Shown: positions 26,300-44,300 of the stretch, in pieces
Layout: every line of letters starts with the position of its first letter
How positions within the stretch are numbered: the first letter of the stretch is position 1
Origin: the human T2T-CHM13v2.0 reference genome, Homo sapiens
DNA length: 64,000 nt
Assembly (NCBI RefSeq): GCF_009914755.1
Contig: NC_060935.1
Reading direction: 5' to 3' (one strand)
Notes under the pieces: generated by a model
The model's database searches: none
Seen by the model: the letters and a program-made list of their open reading frames with translations, nothing else
What the model was told of the DNA's origin: nothing
Made by a program: the position numbers and the translations under genes

Positions 26300-27056
26300 G
26301 CACACTTTTTCCTCTGGCTGATTTTAAGAGCTTCTCACCATCTGTGGTATCCTAAAATTCACTATGAGTAATCTAAGAGTGAAGTTCTTTTTGTTTATAT
26401 TGTTTGGATTTGTAAGGACTCTTAAATCTGCCTTTAAAGAGTTTCAAAAAAATTCTTAGTCGTTTTATCTTCAAATATCACCTCTGCCTCATTCTGTCTC
26501 TCCTCTCCATCTAAAACTTGAAATAAGCAAAAATCAGGTCTCATTCTATCTTCCTAGTCTCTTTCATATTTTCATTTTTTACTCTCTGCTGCTTTTTGGG
26601 TAATATCTAAGTTATTGTCTAGTTCACTAATTCTTTTTTATTAGCATGTCAGCTGTTAAACCCATTGAGTCTCTATTACTGTATTTTTCATTCCTGGAAT
26701 TTCCATTTGTTTTTATTTCAAATATTCTAGGTTGCTTTTTATGGTTTTCTGTTCCATGAAGATATTTTTTAATATATTGTTTTTCTCTAAATATGGATTA
26801 TAAAATACTTATGTTAATTTAATATAAAGTTTCTCTCAGACTGTTTTTGCTGTCTGTTGGTTATGCTGATTCTTCCTCATGATGCTTTATGCTTTGTATC
26901 TTGGTATTTTCTGCTGTGTTCTATTCATTATCTTTGGAAAATTATTTCTGAGACATCATTGAAGCATAGTATAACTTCCTTCAAAGATAATTTATGTAGG
27001 TTTTATTTTGTTTATGCCTATGTGTACTTCTAGAGTTTGGCCATGGCAAACCATAT
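26300..27056 (-). mobile_element. Old L1M-5'/HAL1-like remnant hosting the young L1; probably continues at ~33267-33730
   Basis: T-rich antisense ORF1-like sequence (tcttcaaatatcacctctgcc; tctagttcactaattct). Confidence 0.55.
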
Positions 27057-27312
27057 TCCCAGCTTTTTATTTTTTTATTTTTATTTTTTTCTTTTTCTTT
27101 TTTTTTTATCATACTTTAAGTTTTAGGGTACATGTGCACATTGTGCAGGTTAGTTACATATGTATACATGTGCCATGCTGGTGCGCTGCACCCACTAACT
27201 CGTCATCTAGCCTTAGGTATATCTCCCAATGCTATCCCTCCCCGCTCCCCCCACCCCACCACAGTCCCCAAAGTGTGATATTCCCCTTCATGTGTCCATG
27301 TGATCTCATTGT

Positions 27313-30600
<3,288 letters not shown>

Positions 30601-30603
<3 letters not shown>

Positions 30604-31149
30604 CTACACCCACGGAGTCTCACTGATTGCTAGCACAGCAGTCTGAGATCAAACTGCAAGGCGGCAGCGAGGCTGGGGGAGGGGCGCCCGCCATTGCCCA
30701 GGCTTGCTTAGGTAAACAAAGCAGCTGGGAAGCTGGAACTGGGTGGAGCCCACCACAGCTCAAGGAGGCCTGTCTGCCTCTGTAGGCTCCACCTCTGGGG
30801 GCAGGGCACAGACAAACAAAAAGACAGCAGTAACCTCTGCAGACTTAAATGTCCCTGTCTGACAGCTTTGAAGAGAGCAGTGGTTCTCCCAGCACGCAGC
30901 TGGAGATCTGAGAACGGGCAGACTGCCTCCTCAAGTGGGTTCCTGACCCCTGACCCCCGAGCAGCCTAACTGGGAGGCACCCCCCAGCAGAGGCACACTG
31001 ACACCTCACACGGCAGGGTATTCCAACAGACCTGCAGCTGAGGGTGCTGTCTGTTAGAAGGAAAACTAACAAACAGAAAGGACATCCACACCGAAAACCC
31101 ATCTGTACATCACCATCATCAAAGACCAAAAGTAGATAAAACCACAAAG
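30601..31149 (+). promoter_or_regulatory. L1 5'UTR lacking the first ~360 nt; antisense-promoter region retained
   Basis: Begins gtcctacacccacggagtctc, 549 nt before the ORF1 ATG; a full UTR is about 907 nt. Confidence 0.85.
30620..30694 (-). pseudogene. ORF0: L1 ORF0 remnant with premature stop
   Basis: Manual translation gives MAGAPPPASLPPCSLISDCCASNQ*; CGA>TGA change, and the distal part is lost by 5' truncation. Confidence 0.8.
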
Positions 31150-32166
31150 ATGGGGAAAAAACAGAACAGAAAAACTGGAAACTCTAAAACGCAGAGCGCC
31201 TCTCCTCCTCCAGAGGAACGCAGTTCCTCACCAGCAACGGAACAAAGCTGGATGGAGAATGACTTTGACGAGCGGAGAGAAGAAGGCTTCAGACGATCAA
31301 ATTACTCTGAGCTACGGGAGGACATTCAAACCAAAGGCAAAGAAGTTGAAAACTTTGAAAAAAATTTAGAAGAATGTATAACTAGAATAACCAATACAGA
31401 GAAGTGCTTAAAGGAGCTGATGGAGCTGAAAACCAAGGCTCGAGAACTACGTGAAGAATGCAGAAGCCTCAGGAGCCGATGCGATCAACTGGAAGAAAGG
31501 GTATCAGCAATGGAAGATGAAATGAATGAAATGAAGCGAGAAGGGAAGGTTAGAGAAAAAAGAATAAAAAGAAATGAGCAAAGCCTCCAAGAAATATGGG
31601 ACTATGTGAAAAGACCTAATCTACGTCTGATTGGTGTACCTGAAAGTGATGCGGAGAATGGAACCAAGTTGGAAAACACTCTACAGGATATTATCCAGGA
31701 GAACTTCCCCAATCTAGCAAGGCAGGCCAACGTTCAGATTCAGGAAATACAGAGAACACCACAAAGATACTCCTCGAGAAGAGCAACTCCAAGACACATA
31801 ATTGTCAGATTCACCAAAGTTGAAATGAAGGAAAAAATGTTAAGGGCAGCCAGAGAGAAAGGTCGGGTTACCCTCAAAGGGAAGCCCATCAGACTAACAG
31901 CTGATCTCTCGGCAGAAACCCTACAAGCCAGAAGAGAGTGGGGACCAATATTCAACATTCTTAAAGAAAAGAAATTTCAACCCAGAATTTCATATCCAGC
32001 CAAACTAAGCTTCATAAGTGAAGGAGAAATAAAATACTTTACAGACAAGCAAATGCTGAGAGATTTTGTCACCACCAGGCCTGCCCTAAAAGAGCTCCTG
32101 AAGGAAGCGCTAAACATGGAAAGGAACAACCGGTACCAGCCGCTGCAAAATCATGCCAAAATGTAA
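31150..32166 (+). CDS. ORF1: L1 ORF1p, intact 338 aa (coiled coil, RRM, CTD)
   Basis: MGKKQNRKTGNSK...NHAKM; full canonical length; REKG, ARR and YPAKLS motifs present. Confidence 0.95.
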   Translation: MGKKQNRKTGNSKTQSASPPPEERSSSPATEQSWMENDFDERREEGFRRSNYSELREDIQTKGKEVENFEKNLEECITRITNTEKCLKELMELKTKARELREECRSLRSRCDQLEERVSAMEDEMNEMKREGKVREKRIKRNEQSLQEIWDYVKRPNLRLIGVPESDAENGTKLENTLQDIIQENFPNLARQANVQIQEIQRTPQRYSSRRATPRHIIVRFTKVEMKEKMLRAAREKGRVTLKGKPIRLTADLSAETLQARREWGPIFNILKEKKFQPRISYPAKLSFISEGEIKYFTDKQMLRDFVTTRPALKELLKEALNMERNNRYQPLQNHAKM

Positions 32167-32202
32167 AGACCATTGAGACTAGGAAGAAACTGCATCAACT
32201 AA

Positions 32203-33231
<1,029 letters not shown>

Positions 33232-36200
33232 CAGAAGGCAAGAAATAACTAAAATCCCAGCTTTTTAATGTCCCTTTCAGTTCATGAGAATTTAGCCCAC
33301 AAATTTACTAGGGGACCATTTTGTACTTACTTCTAGAAGAGAGCTTATTTTTTTCTCTCACAGATCCGCTCAGAGCTGGGGAAATCTTCCTTTAAATCCC
33401 TGGGGTGGGGTGGCTACACCTGCCTTTTGGTGTCCCAGCTTTTTGTGGGGGAAGTGTCCTATTTCATGCCCCACTTTAGAAAGGTTTAGGGATTTGATTA
33501 TTGTCTTCATTGTTTGATGAGGTTATAATCAGTTCACCCAGTTCAGCAAATACCACTGGGGCAAAATACACCATTTGATGCTCAGGGTTCTTAATTTCCA
33601 ATAGATTTTGACATAATAGTTCTTTGCCATAAGATTGGCCCTTTGATGCCTTTAAGAATCTTTTAAAAAAGTTATTCATTATACTTAGTTGTTTTCAACA
33701 TGAGGATCATCCAAACAATGTAGCCTGCCTTATCATCAGAAAAAGAAGTTGATTTTAAGTACAGCTGGAAACCACTGAAGGTATTACACAGAAGAATGAT
33801 TTTATCCAATTTACTTTTTAAAAATTATGATATGGAGAATGGAGTGGAGGAGGCAAGAGTGAAATCGGTAGGCTTAATGAAAGAGTATTGAGTAATCTAG
33901 GCGAGCAGGTTGGTTTGAGCTGGGTTGTGGCAGTGAAGAGGGAGCAAAATAGGTAGGTTTAGTTATATTTTGTAGATTAGAATAGAAAGGACTTGTGGAT
34001 AATTGGATGTTAGATAAGGAGATGGAGTCATTCACAATAACTCCCAGTTTTTGTGTTAAACAACCATTTGAATGATGGTGCCATTGAGAGGCTGCCATGA
34101 TATGAGGATAGAGCAGATGGTGTGGGTTTGATTCAGGGTTGTTTGTGTGTGTGTGCACACTTATGTTAAGTGTTTATGTATATGTAGAAATAAAATTCAG
34201 TTATAAGCTTGTAATGCTTAAGATTCATATGAGATATCCAAGTATCACCATCAATAGTGATTATTTGTGGCTGATGAGATTAGGGGGAATTTTCTATTTT
34301 TCCACATTTTGACAGATAAACATATATTTTATTTGTTTTTAAGGAAAAAAATGTTGTTTTAAAATAGAGGAAGCCCCTGTATACTACAGAAATTATAATT
34401 CCTTTTGAAAACTTGAAATTGATCATCTTTATATTAACATTCCCATCTGTTTCCACTTCTGTATATTGTTTGTGTGTATCCACCATACTGTAAATTACTT
34501 TAGTGTCTGTCAGAGACCATGTCTGATTTATTTCTTATCACTTTTCTCTAGTATCTACCACATTGCAGTGCACATGGTAGATGCTTAATAAATGCTGAGT
34601 AAATGAAAGCTTTTACAGATTAAAGATACTCCATAGCTAGTTTTTCATTGAATTATGGATTAGACTGCCCATAAGGATGTTGCAATCACAAACCAACATA
34701 TTTTTCCATTCAGAGTACCCAAAACTATACCAGCAGAACCTACTTTTTCACGTTAAACCCAGCAAAACCAAGGTGGAGGCTGAACTTTGGAGACTCACTC
34801 ACATCCCTTCCACTTGAGTCCTAGTTGGGCTCTCTTTTCCCAAAGGCAGCAACAAACTGAGCACTGCAGGAACACCTAACCAGCCCAGGCAGGCTTCAGT
34901 GGCACTAACCTTAATGCATTAGCTTGCCTACAGCTTTGCAAAAGCACAGATGGTATGAGAAACCTCTCGCTGCTATGGACCCCCAGACATACCACGGGCC
35001 TCCCTTCTACCATAATAAGCTTCCTCACTCTCCCACAACAGCAGACTGTATAATGATGACATTTCACTCAGCAAACCCTGGAAGAGCATGGGGTTTGTTT
35101 CTTCTTGTTTTATTGTTGTAACTACTGCATAAGTATAAACCTTCTTAGAAATCCTCAGAGTGTAAAGCCTGAGACAGAGCAATCTCTCTGGAGCCAGCAG
35201 GCTCCTCACTCATCAATTATGCACATGCTGGTGTCATTCTCAGGGCTGGACTATGGAAAAGCCAAATAGCATAGACAGGTATTTAAAAGTCAAATTCTCC
35301 TAGACTCTCGATGGGGTCGAAAGCAAGATGTACAATGCAAGCCAGAAAGTGACAAAAATGCTCTGGTTTCCATAACTCTCTTCACCTCTCCTAGAGTTTC
35401 CCTCTCTAGCTATAACCCCACCAGTGTAAAGATTGGGAGATTTTTCAGTGTTCCTGCCAAGCAATGCCTAGTGCCCATCCTGCTTCAATGCTCTTGTTCT
35501 GGCAGCTTCCCAGAGGGCCTGTGCCAAAGTCACAGGCTGTCTGGAGAGAACACCCAGCTGGCCACCCTGAGGAACACCACCACAGAGACGCTGAGTCAGG
35601 CCCAGCCAAGCAACAGCAGCTGTTGCAATGAGACTTTGGGGAGTGGAGGCCGCCTAGTGCTCTGTGTTAGCAAGGCACTGAACAGCATCTGCAAACCGCA
35701 AAAAGCCAATGCATAATGCAGAAGTGCATGCTCCACTTTCTACCTCTTTCTTCATTGTTCTCCCAGGAAATGTAAAATAGATAGCTTGGCCATGGTTTCT
35801 GCCTACAGTCATGTCCTTAAATACTCCTGTCTATGGCATTATTTTCCTATACCCAGGCATCTTTGGAGAGTCAAGGCAATGCATACTACAATGGAGCTTA
35901 AGCATGATAGCAGGAAAAAGAGTGGTTGGTTTTCAAGTAATTGGTTCTTCAGGCCTCATTTTCTATATTCTGAGATCCCTGAACAAAAGGCACTAGAGGT
36001 AATGGTGAGGCTGAGTAAAGAGAGGAGGTTCTGGTGCTGCTGGAGCTCTGGGTCTGCCATACCTTGACCTAGGCACTAGGCACCAAAACCCTAGCCTCCA
36101 CTCCTTTGCTGCTCCCCTTAGACTTCTATCCAAAGCTCCCAGAGCTCAATTGAAAGCAGCAGGCAAAAAGTCAAATACTTCATTAAAAGCAGCAAGAGAC

Positions 36201-36401
36201 TCTATTGTAAACCTGCAGCTTTTGCCCATCAAAGATGAGACACTGGGATCCAAATCGGTTCTGGTTTCAATCAGAGATCAGATACTGAAGAGATAGCTTG
36301 TGGTGTGTATCTTTTCAATGTGCTGCAGAAAGCCCTTCTGTTTCTCCTGTTTTTACCTTATTTTTATACCCTATAGAGACCCTCAAGAACTGCTGCTCAT
36401 A

Positions 36402-36402
<1 letters not shown>

Positions 36403-36433
<31 letters not shown>

Positions 36434-36434
36434 C
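36403..36434. repeat. (CA)n microsatellite
   Basis: Seen directly. Confidence 0.9.
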
Positions 36435-37344
36435 CACCCTCATTATGCTAAGCTAGGGAGAAGCCGAGAAAACACTTCAAAAGGTAAGCAACGGTTTGAG
36501 TTTCAGGTTTATTGAATTCCCGGAAATGCTGTCTCTCCTCCTGAGAAAGGTTAGTGTTTGGAAACAACTTTAATCTGGCTAAAGAAAAGGGAAAGAGGGA
36601 GGAAAAGACAGGGAGAGAGAGCGCTGGCTGAGGGAAGAGATGGAGAGAAAGAGAGAGGGAATTGTTAATTTCAATTGATTTTCTGATAAGGTTTCATATC
36701 CTGAAGTGTGCTTCAAATCTGAGAAGTGACATCTGCTGAGATCGCCCGTCAGTGTCTGAATTCTCCTGAATGTAATTAGATCTGAGACAAGATAGAAGAC
36801 TCAGTACGGTGGCCCTTAGGGAGGAAATGGTCTTTGAAAAGAATTATGTTAATCAGACTAGCCTTCTTCTTGCATCTGTTCTGCTGTTATTCTGGGTAAA
36901 ATTAATAGGTCTAAGGAAGGATCTGATCATAATGACAATCTGGTCTTCACAGCAGGTGGTTTTATAAAGGAGTTGAACTGTGCCTTGTTGAGAACACTTA
37001 AAGTAATTAGTTACAGGGCTACTCACTTTCTTTCCTTTTTAATAATAATAATGGTTATTAATGTTTACAAATTAAAGAGTCTTACTCTAGATGAAAGGAA
37101 TGCTGAAACGGAGACTCGGGAGTAGACGCCTGTACCTTTATGCCTCCTGCTGGGGTTGAAGATCCTACAGCAAACCCCTCTTTTTTGTGGATTGTACTCC
37201 CTTTTTCACCTCCCCCCAAACCCATCCCTTCCCTCTTCGCTCCCCGGAGCACCGCTAGAAACAAAGTGCTTAGAGCTTACAGTGGGGAGGAGTCAGCAGA
37301 GCTCAGGGCAGAGGCTGTGAAGTAGGTGCTCAGTAAATATTTGC

Positions 37345-37522
37345 TGGGAGGATGGAAGAAAGAGATGTAGAAAGCAAGAAAGACTAGAAGTAAAAAAGAA
37401 AAGAAGAAGAAGAAAAAGGAAAATAACAAAAGGAGGAAGAAAGACTGGAAGTTAAAAGGAAAAAAAAGAAGGAAGAGAGAGAAAAAGGAAGAAAGGAAAG
37501 AAGGAAGAGGAAGAAAGGAAAA
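37345..37522. repeat. GA-rich low-complexity tract
   Basis: Near-pure purine run. Confidence 0.85.
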
Positions 37523-37620
37523 GCATTCTTATTGCCTTACTAGAAGGTGTAACTTCAAAGGAGGGGCAAGGGTTGATGTTATAATTTGTGTTCAGTTCTC
37601 TTCTCTGTAAGTCTATAAAC

Positions 37621-37815
37621 CAGGGTGGGCAAACTGACAGCCAGTGGGCTAAGTTCTGCCCACCCCTTGTTTTGGTAAATAAAGGGGGATTTTTGGCCTA
37701 TAGGTTTACATATTGTCTATAGCTGTTTTCACACCTACACCTGCATAGCCTGTATGGCTGTCCCAAGCCCAAAAATTTACATGTGGCCTTTCACAGAAAA
37801 AGTTTGCTGATCTCT
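37621..37815. mobile_element. MER58-like hAT-Charlie MITE
   Basis: cagggtgggcaaact...acagaaaaagtttgctgatctctg. Confidence 0.75.
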
Positions 37816-37936
37816 GTTATCATCTCTTGAGATAATTTGATGTTAGGATACCCTCAGTGGGACTGACCTTTCAGAATAGAACTGCATGATGTTCAGAGAC
37901 ATGTAGTCTCTCTTAGGTGTGTAGGCAGTGGGGTAG

Positions 37937-38284
<348 letters not shown>

Positions 38285-38859
38285 GAGGGTGAACTGTTAA
38301 ACTTCTGTCTTCTCCGTCTGAGAACACGTCCCAAGAGGTCGAGATGCCGTGTGTCTGGCCCATGTCCACAGGGCTGAAGGGGGCTGCAGAGGGGGCAAGA
38401 TTGAAAACTGAAGACCTACTTTGTCTCCTAACAAATTGTCACCACTCAATTTAATGTGTATGTACAACTGACAATGCAGAGTGATAAAAGAGTGACATAA
38501 AGAGAAGACTTAGGTCCAAGATCTTCCTCATACTGACTCTGTCATCCTAGCCAAACCATTCAACATAGGTCCAGTCTTCTGAGCTTATCTTCTGTCTTGT
38601 GAAATGGAGAGGAAAGTTATATGACTTTATAGCTTTAATGTGTTAGATAAGCAAAGTGTTTCAAATACATTGAAAGCAAAATAGTTTTAAGCAAACAGTT
38701 ATTACATAATAGTGATAATAGTAATTTTGTAATAATATGATGGACCTGGATAAGCCACTGTTTGTGTGCTGTGAAAGGGCAGACTATGGTCTCCTGAGAT
38801 CTGGCTCTAACAGAAGATCCTATGTCTAACAGGCATTTTTGATAAAGCTGAGTGTGCTG

Positions 38860-39290
38860 AGGCATCTTGAAACTATAAGACAATGAACCCTAAATCCAGT
38901 GGCATAAAACTATGAGCATTAATTTCTTGCTCACACATCTGACAGGCAGCTGGAGTTTAGTCGATCTAGAACCGGCTCAGCTGCGCTTAGCTACAAGTTG
39001 CAGATCTGGTTCAATGAGGATGTTTGTCTCATGCTTTTTGGACCAGCAATTTCCCAAAGCATGCTCTTTTCACAGTGATAGTCAGGAACATATGAACCCA
39101 AGCCTCAGCTTGCATCACATCTGTTAACATCCCTTTGGCCTCAGCAAGAAATAAGAAAGCATGTTCCTCTCACCATGCAGCCAAAGCAAGTCAAATGGCC
39201 AAGCCCAACCCCATTGGGTTGGGAAGCGGATTCCTCCGTGGAAGTCAGTCAGTGGGAATGAGGATTTGCTGAAAAATAATCTACTATAGA
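38860..39290 (-). mobile_element. Old MaLR LTR (MLT1I/J-like)
   Basis: aatccagtggcataaaac..ttgctcacacatctg..gcaagtcaaatggccaagccca. Confidence 0.55.
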
Positions 39291-40517
39291 AGACAAAGCA
39301 CTAACTAGGTAGTGCCTAGCATACTCTTGAGCCACTGGACCCAGTTATTTAAACGTGCTGCCATTTTGGCACAGGTTAGTGGATCATCGCTGGAGGTGGG
39401 ACTGTAGATCCACTTGCCAATTTGGTGAACAGCTAACCCTTGGCCTCGCATTTGTGCTTTTTACATCTGTGAACTGTGGACTGTCCGGCAGAAAAAAAAA
39501 CTGCACAATTTCTCCAATAACTCAAATTCATTGATCAAATTTTATTTAAAAATCTGCATGATTTAAGAAAAAAATTAATTTCTTACGAAAACATGGTTGT
39601 AATAAAGGCGCAGAAGGATTGAAGATAATGGTAACAAGGAGGCAGAGGGAACCAGGACCAAAATCAGATTTCAGCAAGAGCTGAGGTCACCTTAAATAAG
39701 AATGACAGCCATGGGCAGGGGGTCCTAATTAATTAATTACACCTTAATTGAAAAAAACTGCCTTTGTTCTTGTATTGTCCTCACTGTCCTCTAGAGCTGT
39801 GGGAATGCTATGGCTTCTGGGGAAGGGAAGGGAAGAAAAGGGGTAAAGCCAGCTCTTTGTGTTTCTTTCTCTGTCTTTTTCTTTCTCTTCCTCCTGTTCC
39901 ACAGGAGGTAAGGGTAAGGTTACCATGGATCAACAGCTTCATAAATATGCAGGAGAAAGACAAATCAACTTGAAATCCAAAAAAATAATTAAAATATAAA
40001 TAGACTTGTTTGTTTCAAGGATTTGCAATGAATGCTTGACTCAGTCTGAAGATTAATCAGTGATGGGTAATTATACTTTCGCACACACACACACATCCAT
40101 GCACGCAAAAAGACAACCCTGGTCCCCTTTAAACAACGTGAATACAAAAACAGTGTGAGTTTTCTGGTTCATGAGGTGAAGTCACCTGAAGCTCCTTGCT
40201 GAGTTGGAGAGTTTCTTCATATCTGCTGCTGAGCCACCAGCACATGAAGGGGTCATGGGTGGAGCATCGCTGTTATTTACAAGTAGCCTTCCTTCTCCCT
40301 GCTTCCCTCCCTCCCTCTCTTCTTTCCTTCCTTTCTCTTTCCCTTCATTATTGTTTTCTGCATTTTCTCCCTGGAATTTGACTTTTTCCCTGCCAAAGGA
40401 GATAAGCAATCTATTGGTCCACAGACATTTATGAAGTTTAAATAACTGCGCCAAGCTCTACAATAGACAATAAGGTGAGGAAACCCAAACTCTGTCCTGT
40501 AGGAACTAGGTATACAA

Positions 40518-40736
40518 AATTTTTCTCAATTGTGGGTAATTTTGGCCCTCTAGGAGACATTTTAAAGGGTCTGGAGACATTTTTGATTGCTATGGCTTGG
40601 GGTAGGGTGGGTGCTATCAGAATTCAGTGGGCAGAAGCCAGGGAGACAGCCAAACATCCTAGAATACACAGGAAAGCCCCCAAACACAGAATTATCAGAT
40701 CATAAATGCCAGTAGTGCTGAGGTTGAGAAACCCTG
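40518..40736. mobile_element. MER20 hAT-Charlie MITE
   Basis: tctggagacattttt..aaacatcctagaatacacagg..gctgaggttgagaaaccctg. Confidence 0.8.
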
Positions 40737-41409
40737 GTTTAGAAGGACAACGAAAATACAAACACGTTAAAGGCGAGTTACTTCCAGGCTGTGACAAATA
40801 AGGGCCCACATGTTCTATGATACTTGGCTTCGGGCAAACTGTAGGTTTTGTTTCTATCTCTGGTCTCTGGCTTTTTCCAGCTCTGCAGGCTCCCAGCTTT
40901 GCTGTCACCTTTAAGAACATGGAATTGTTGATCATGGTTGTAGTATTAGGAATAAAGCCCCTCTGCCATAATGCACCAATGCACCATTCCTTGAACCCTT
41001 CCAGTGGCTCAGTATTCAGCCATCTATCCATCCATCCATGCGTGCATGCATCCTTTTATCCAGCCAGCAGTATTCATGTGGCACTACTAGAGTTATTCAA
41101 ACTCTACTAGGTACATCACTCTCTCAGACAAGACTTATTGGGAAAAAAATCCATGTTCAACATGTGAATTGGAAACAACCATGGCTGAGCACTCCATGAA
41201 AGTGGTTTTGCCTGATACCCATGGGCAATGTCCCTGTTTCCTCCTCCGATTAATGCCTCCAATTCCCCATCTGTTCAATGGGAGTATGACTCCCACCCAT
41301 TGCATTGTTCCTCAGGATATGTACCCAGGTAATCAGACTGGTCCACTGCTGGAGGAAGGAGAAAGGAATGAAAGCACGGTAGCATCCTGCCTCTGCCCCA
41401 CACTAGTTT

Positions 41410-41610
41410 TGTAGCCTTGGGTATGTTTCTCAAACTGTCTGTGCCTTAGTTTCCTCATTTGTACAATGAGAATAATAATGGCACATTACTAAAAGAGTCA
41501 TTTGTACAATGTGAATAATAATGGCACATTACTAACAGTGAGGATTGAGTCAATATATGAAAAGCGCTTATAACAATGCCTAGCACGAGGTAAGAACTCA
41601 AAAACTATTA
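41410..41610 (+). mobile_element. MIR with internal 43-bp tandem duplication (41455-41538)
   Basis: tcatttgtacaatg(a/t)gaataataatggcacattactaa twice. Confidence 0.8.
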
Positions 41611-41770
41611 ACCATCATTATCAATTATCATCAGTACTGAGAGAGTAGTCACTAGTTTGGAGATCATGAAAAATTTTACTAAGTGTCAGAGGCCTGGAGA
41701 AAAGCAGTGAAACCTTATATTTAGCAGTGAGACCCCTAAGGAGCACCTTCTTTTACCACAAACTGTTAAA

Positions 41771-41987
41771 ATAGCATTTTTCAACCTCAGCACCCTTGAG
41801 ATGTAGGGCCCAATAATTCTGCATTGTTGGGGGGACTGTGCTGTGCATTGTAGAATGTTTAGTAGCATCCCCGACATTTACCCCACTAGATGCAATAGCA
41901 TCCTCCCTCCCAGTTGCAACAACTAATGTCTCCAGACATTGCCAAGTGTCCCCTGGGGGACAAAATCCCCCTGGCTGATAATCAATG
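41771..41987. mobile_element. MER20, opposite orientation to the 40518 copy
   Basis: tttcaacctcagcac..gtgcattgtagaatgtttag..tgtctccagacattgcca. Confidence 0.85.
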
Positions 41988-42740
41988 TCTTAAAAATTAT
42001 GATTAAAAAATTAATGACAGTAATAATAATCATGTGTGAGGAATCACCCCCTTATTAATGGCAATTCCCTTTTGATTGGGTACCAAGGTAATTTACATAT
42101 GCTGTGTGTAAACATAGATGTTTTGAAAATACTTTCATTTTGCCAGATTTAGACTCCTTCCCATACTGTAGTAGGGTCGATCCCTCTGAGACAGTATGCT
42201 TCCAGTCCAACATAGTTACCACGAGGTGAATGGATAACAAATGCTCAAAAGAATAAGTTCCTTGTCAAGCAGAGATAACTGAGAATCTTGAGATTAATTC
42301 ATATATTCCACCCAATTATGATGTTAATATAAACATGACTTCAGAAAAATAACAATATAAATATGTATTAATCAGTAATCACGCACATGTCTCTATCAGA
42401 CTTCCAGTCACACAGATCTTGACTCGGGGCCTCCTGGTAGTTATCACTGAAGTGAATTTAAGCAGGTTTCTTATCCTTTCTAATCTTCCATGAGCTCTTC
42501 TATAAAATGGGGCTAGTAATTGCACCCACCTTATAACGATTAAGTGAGAGAATTCATGTGAAGAGCTTAGCACAGTATAAGGCACATAGGAAATAGTAAG
42601 TATTAGCTATAGTTGTTGCTAAAATGAGAAAAATGGTAAGTCAAAATTTTTAAAATAAGAATAACGTGGACACAGATTGGTGCCCTTTTCTATTTTCAAC
42701 TGGTTTCAGGTGCTATTTCACAAAATTTGGGGCTCCTAAT

Positions 42741-43182
42741 TGTACTTGGTTGAATAGTGTCTCCCCAACATGCATGTCCACACAGAACCTCAGAATGTGA
42801 CCTTCCTCAGAAATAGAGTTTTTGCAGATGTAATTAGTTAAAATGAGGTCATACTGCATGAGGGTGGGCACTGCATCTAGTGACTGGTTCCTTCTATGGA
42901 GTCATGTGAAGCAACAGACATGTGGGAGAGGGCCATGTGAAGAGGGAGGGCATGTGAAGAGCTGGAGTGTTGCAGCTACAAGCCAAAGGACAGCAAGGAT
43001 TGCTGGTGGCCACCAAAGAGAGAAGGAAGGGTTCTTTTTCTGGAGCCTGCATAGGGAGCATGGCCCTGCCAACACCTTGATCTCAGACTTCTGGCCTCCC
43101 AAACTGTGAGATAATAAATTTCTGTTACTGTAAGCCATGCAGTTTGTGGACTTTGTTGCAATAGCCCTGGGAAACAAATACA
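42741..43182 (+). mobile_element. MLT1B/C MaLR solo LTR
   Basis: tg..gaacctcagaatgtgacc..gacttctggcctccc..aataaatttctg..aaataca. Confidence 0.85.
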
Positions 43183-43809
43183 CCAGCCTACTCTGTTTCT
43201 CAGGCTCTGCTTGAGTGGGTGCTGCTGTTTCTTGACTTGGCAAAAGTAGGTTCTCCCACAGGTGGTTTTAACCATCTGCTTATTTCAATCAGCGCCAGCA
43301 TCACTTTTGATTTTTTTGTTCTGTTAATGAACTTAAGAACACAGTCACTCCAAGCAAGCTCTGATATTCCTTCCTGAGCAGAGTTTTGTTGACTCACAGA
43401 CTCTTGTCCTATCCTCCCCATTCCACCATATTTCCTTATTTCGAACAACCCCAGAGGAAAGCATAGAAGTCATGTTCTCCTCACCTTCCAATCACAATCA
43501 AAGTTTAACTTAGTTACACTTGGCAACCCTCCTACTGATACATGTCTCATTTAATTACCTTCTGCTCATCTTCATTCTGATCCATGGGTCCTCTCCACTG
43601 AATTGTCCATTTATTCACCCCAAAGCTTGCACCATTTACAAAGACTCACACCTCTGGCAGAAATCACTGTTGACATCAATAGCTCTATAAATAGATGCTG
43701 CCATTTTCCCACTGGACCTAAAGTAACATAAAGCATTCATAGACTCCTGGGCTTGGGAGGGACCAGAAAGATCCATGTCTTCCTGCCACTCTCCACCCTC
43801 TGCTTCTTC

Positions 43810-44300
43810 CTGTTCAATGCACGATTTTTCTCTACAACATTCTTATCAAGTAGACATTCAGTCATTGCTTTAAAATCTCCAGTGATGGGAAATTCACTTC
43901 TTACAACTGTCCATTTTATCTTAGTCATTTCTAGTGTTAGGAAAGTCTTTACGCTGATATAAAATCTGCCTGTCATCCTATCCACTGATCCTGGTTTTGC
44001 CCTTAAAGCCCAAACAAAATAATACTCATCTCTCTTCTTAGGCTTTCATTTCTAATAATAGTGATTTCAAATTCACCACCCCGCCCCCCACCTCCTGAAT
44101 AGTTTATCATTTTTTTACTCCAGCTGGAGATATCTTTACTCTTTCAGTCATTCAATCACTACATTTAAAGTCCCTAAACATTTAAAGTTACTCTCTGTTA
44201 AACACATCACAAGTTATGTATATTTTTATAGTATGATCCTAAAAGCATACGCAGCATTCCTAGTAATTTTAGAAGGGACAGAGTAGACTGGATAATACCA
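43810..44300 (-). mobile_element. L3/CR1 remnant
   Basis: ctccagtgatgggaaattcact..tgttaggaaagtcttt. Confidence 0.6.

Noticed and set aside
30845-31147. 100-aa antisense ORF in the L1 5'UTR
   Set aside because: Not ORF0 (that starts at 30694); non-ATG start and a generic L1 antisense frame.
40518-41987. Inverted MER20 pair as ends of a composite transposon
   Set aside because: Copies are strongly diverged from each other and no shared TSD was seen; independent insertions are more likely.
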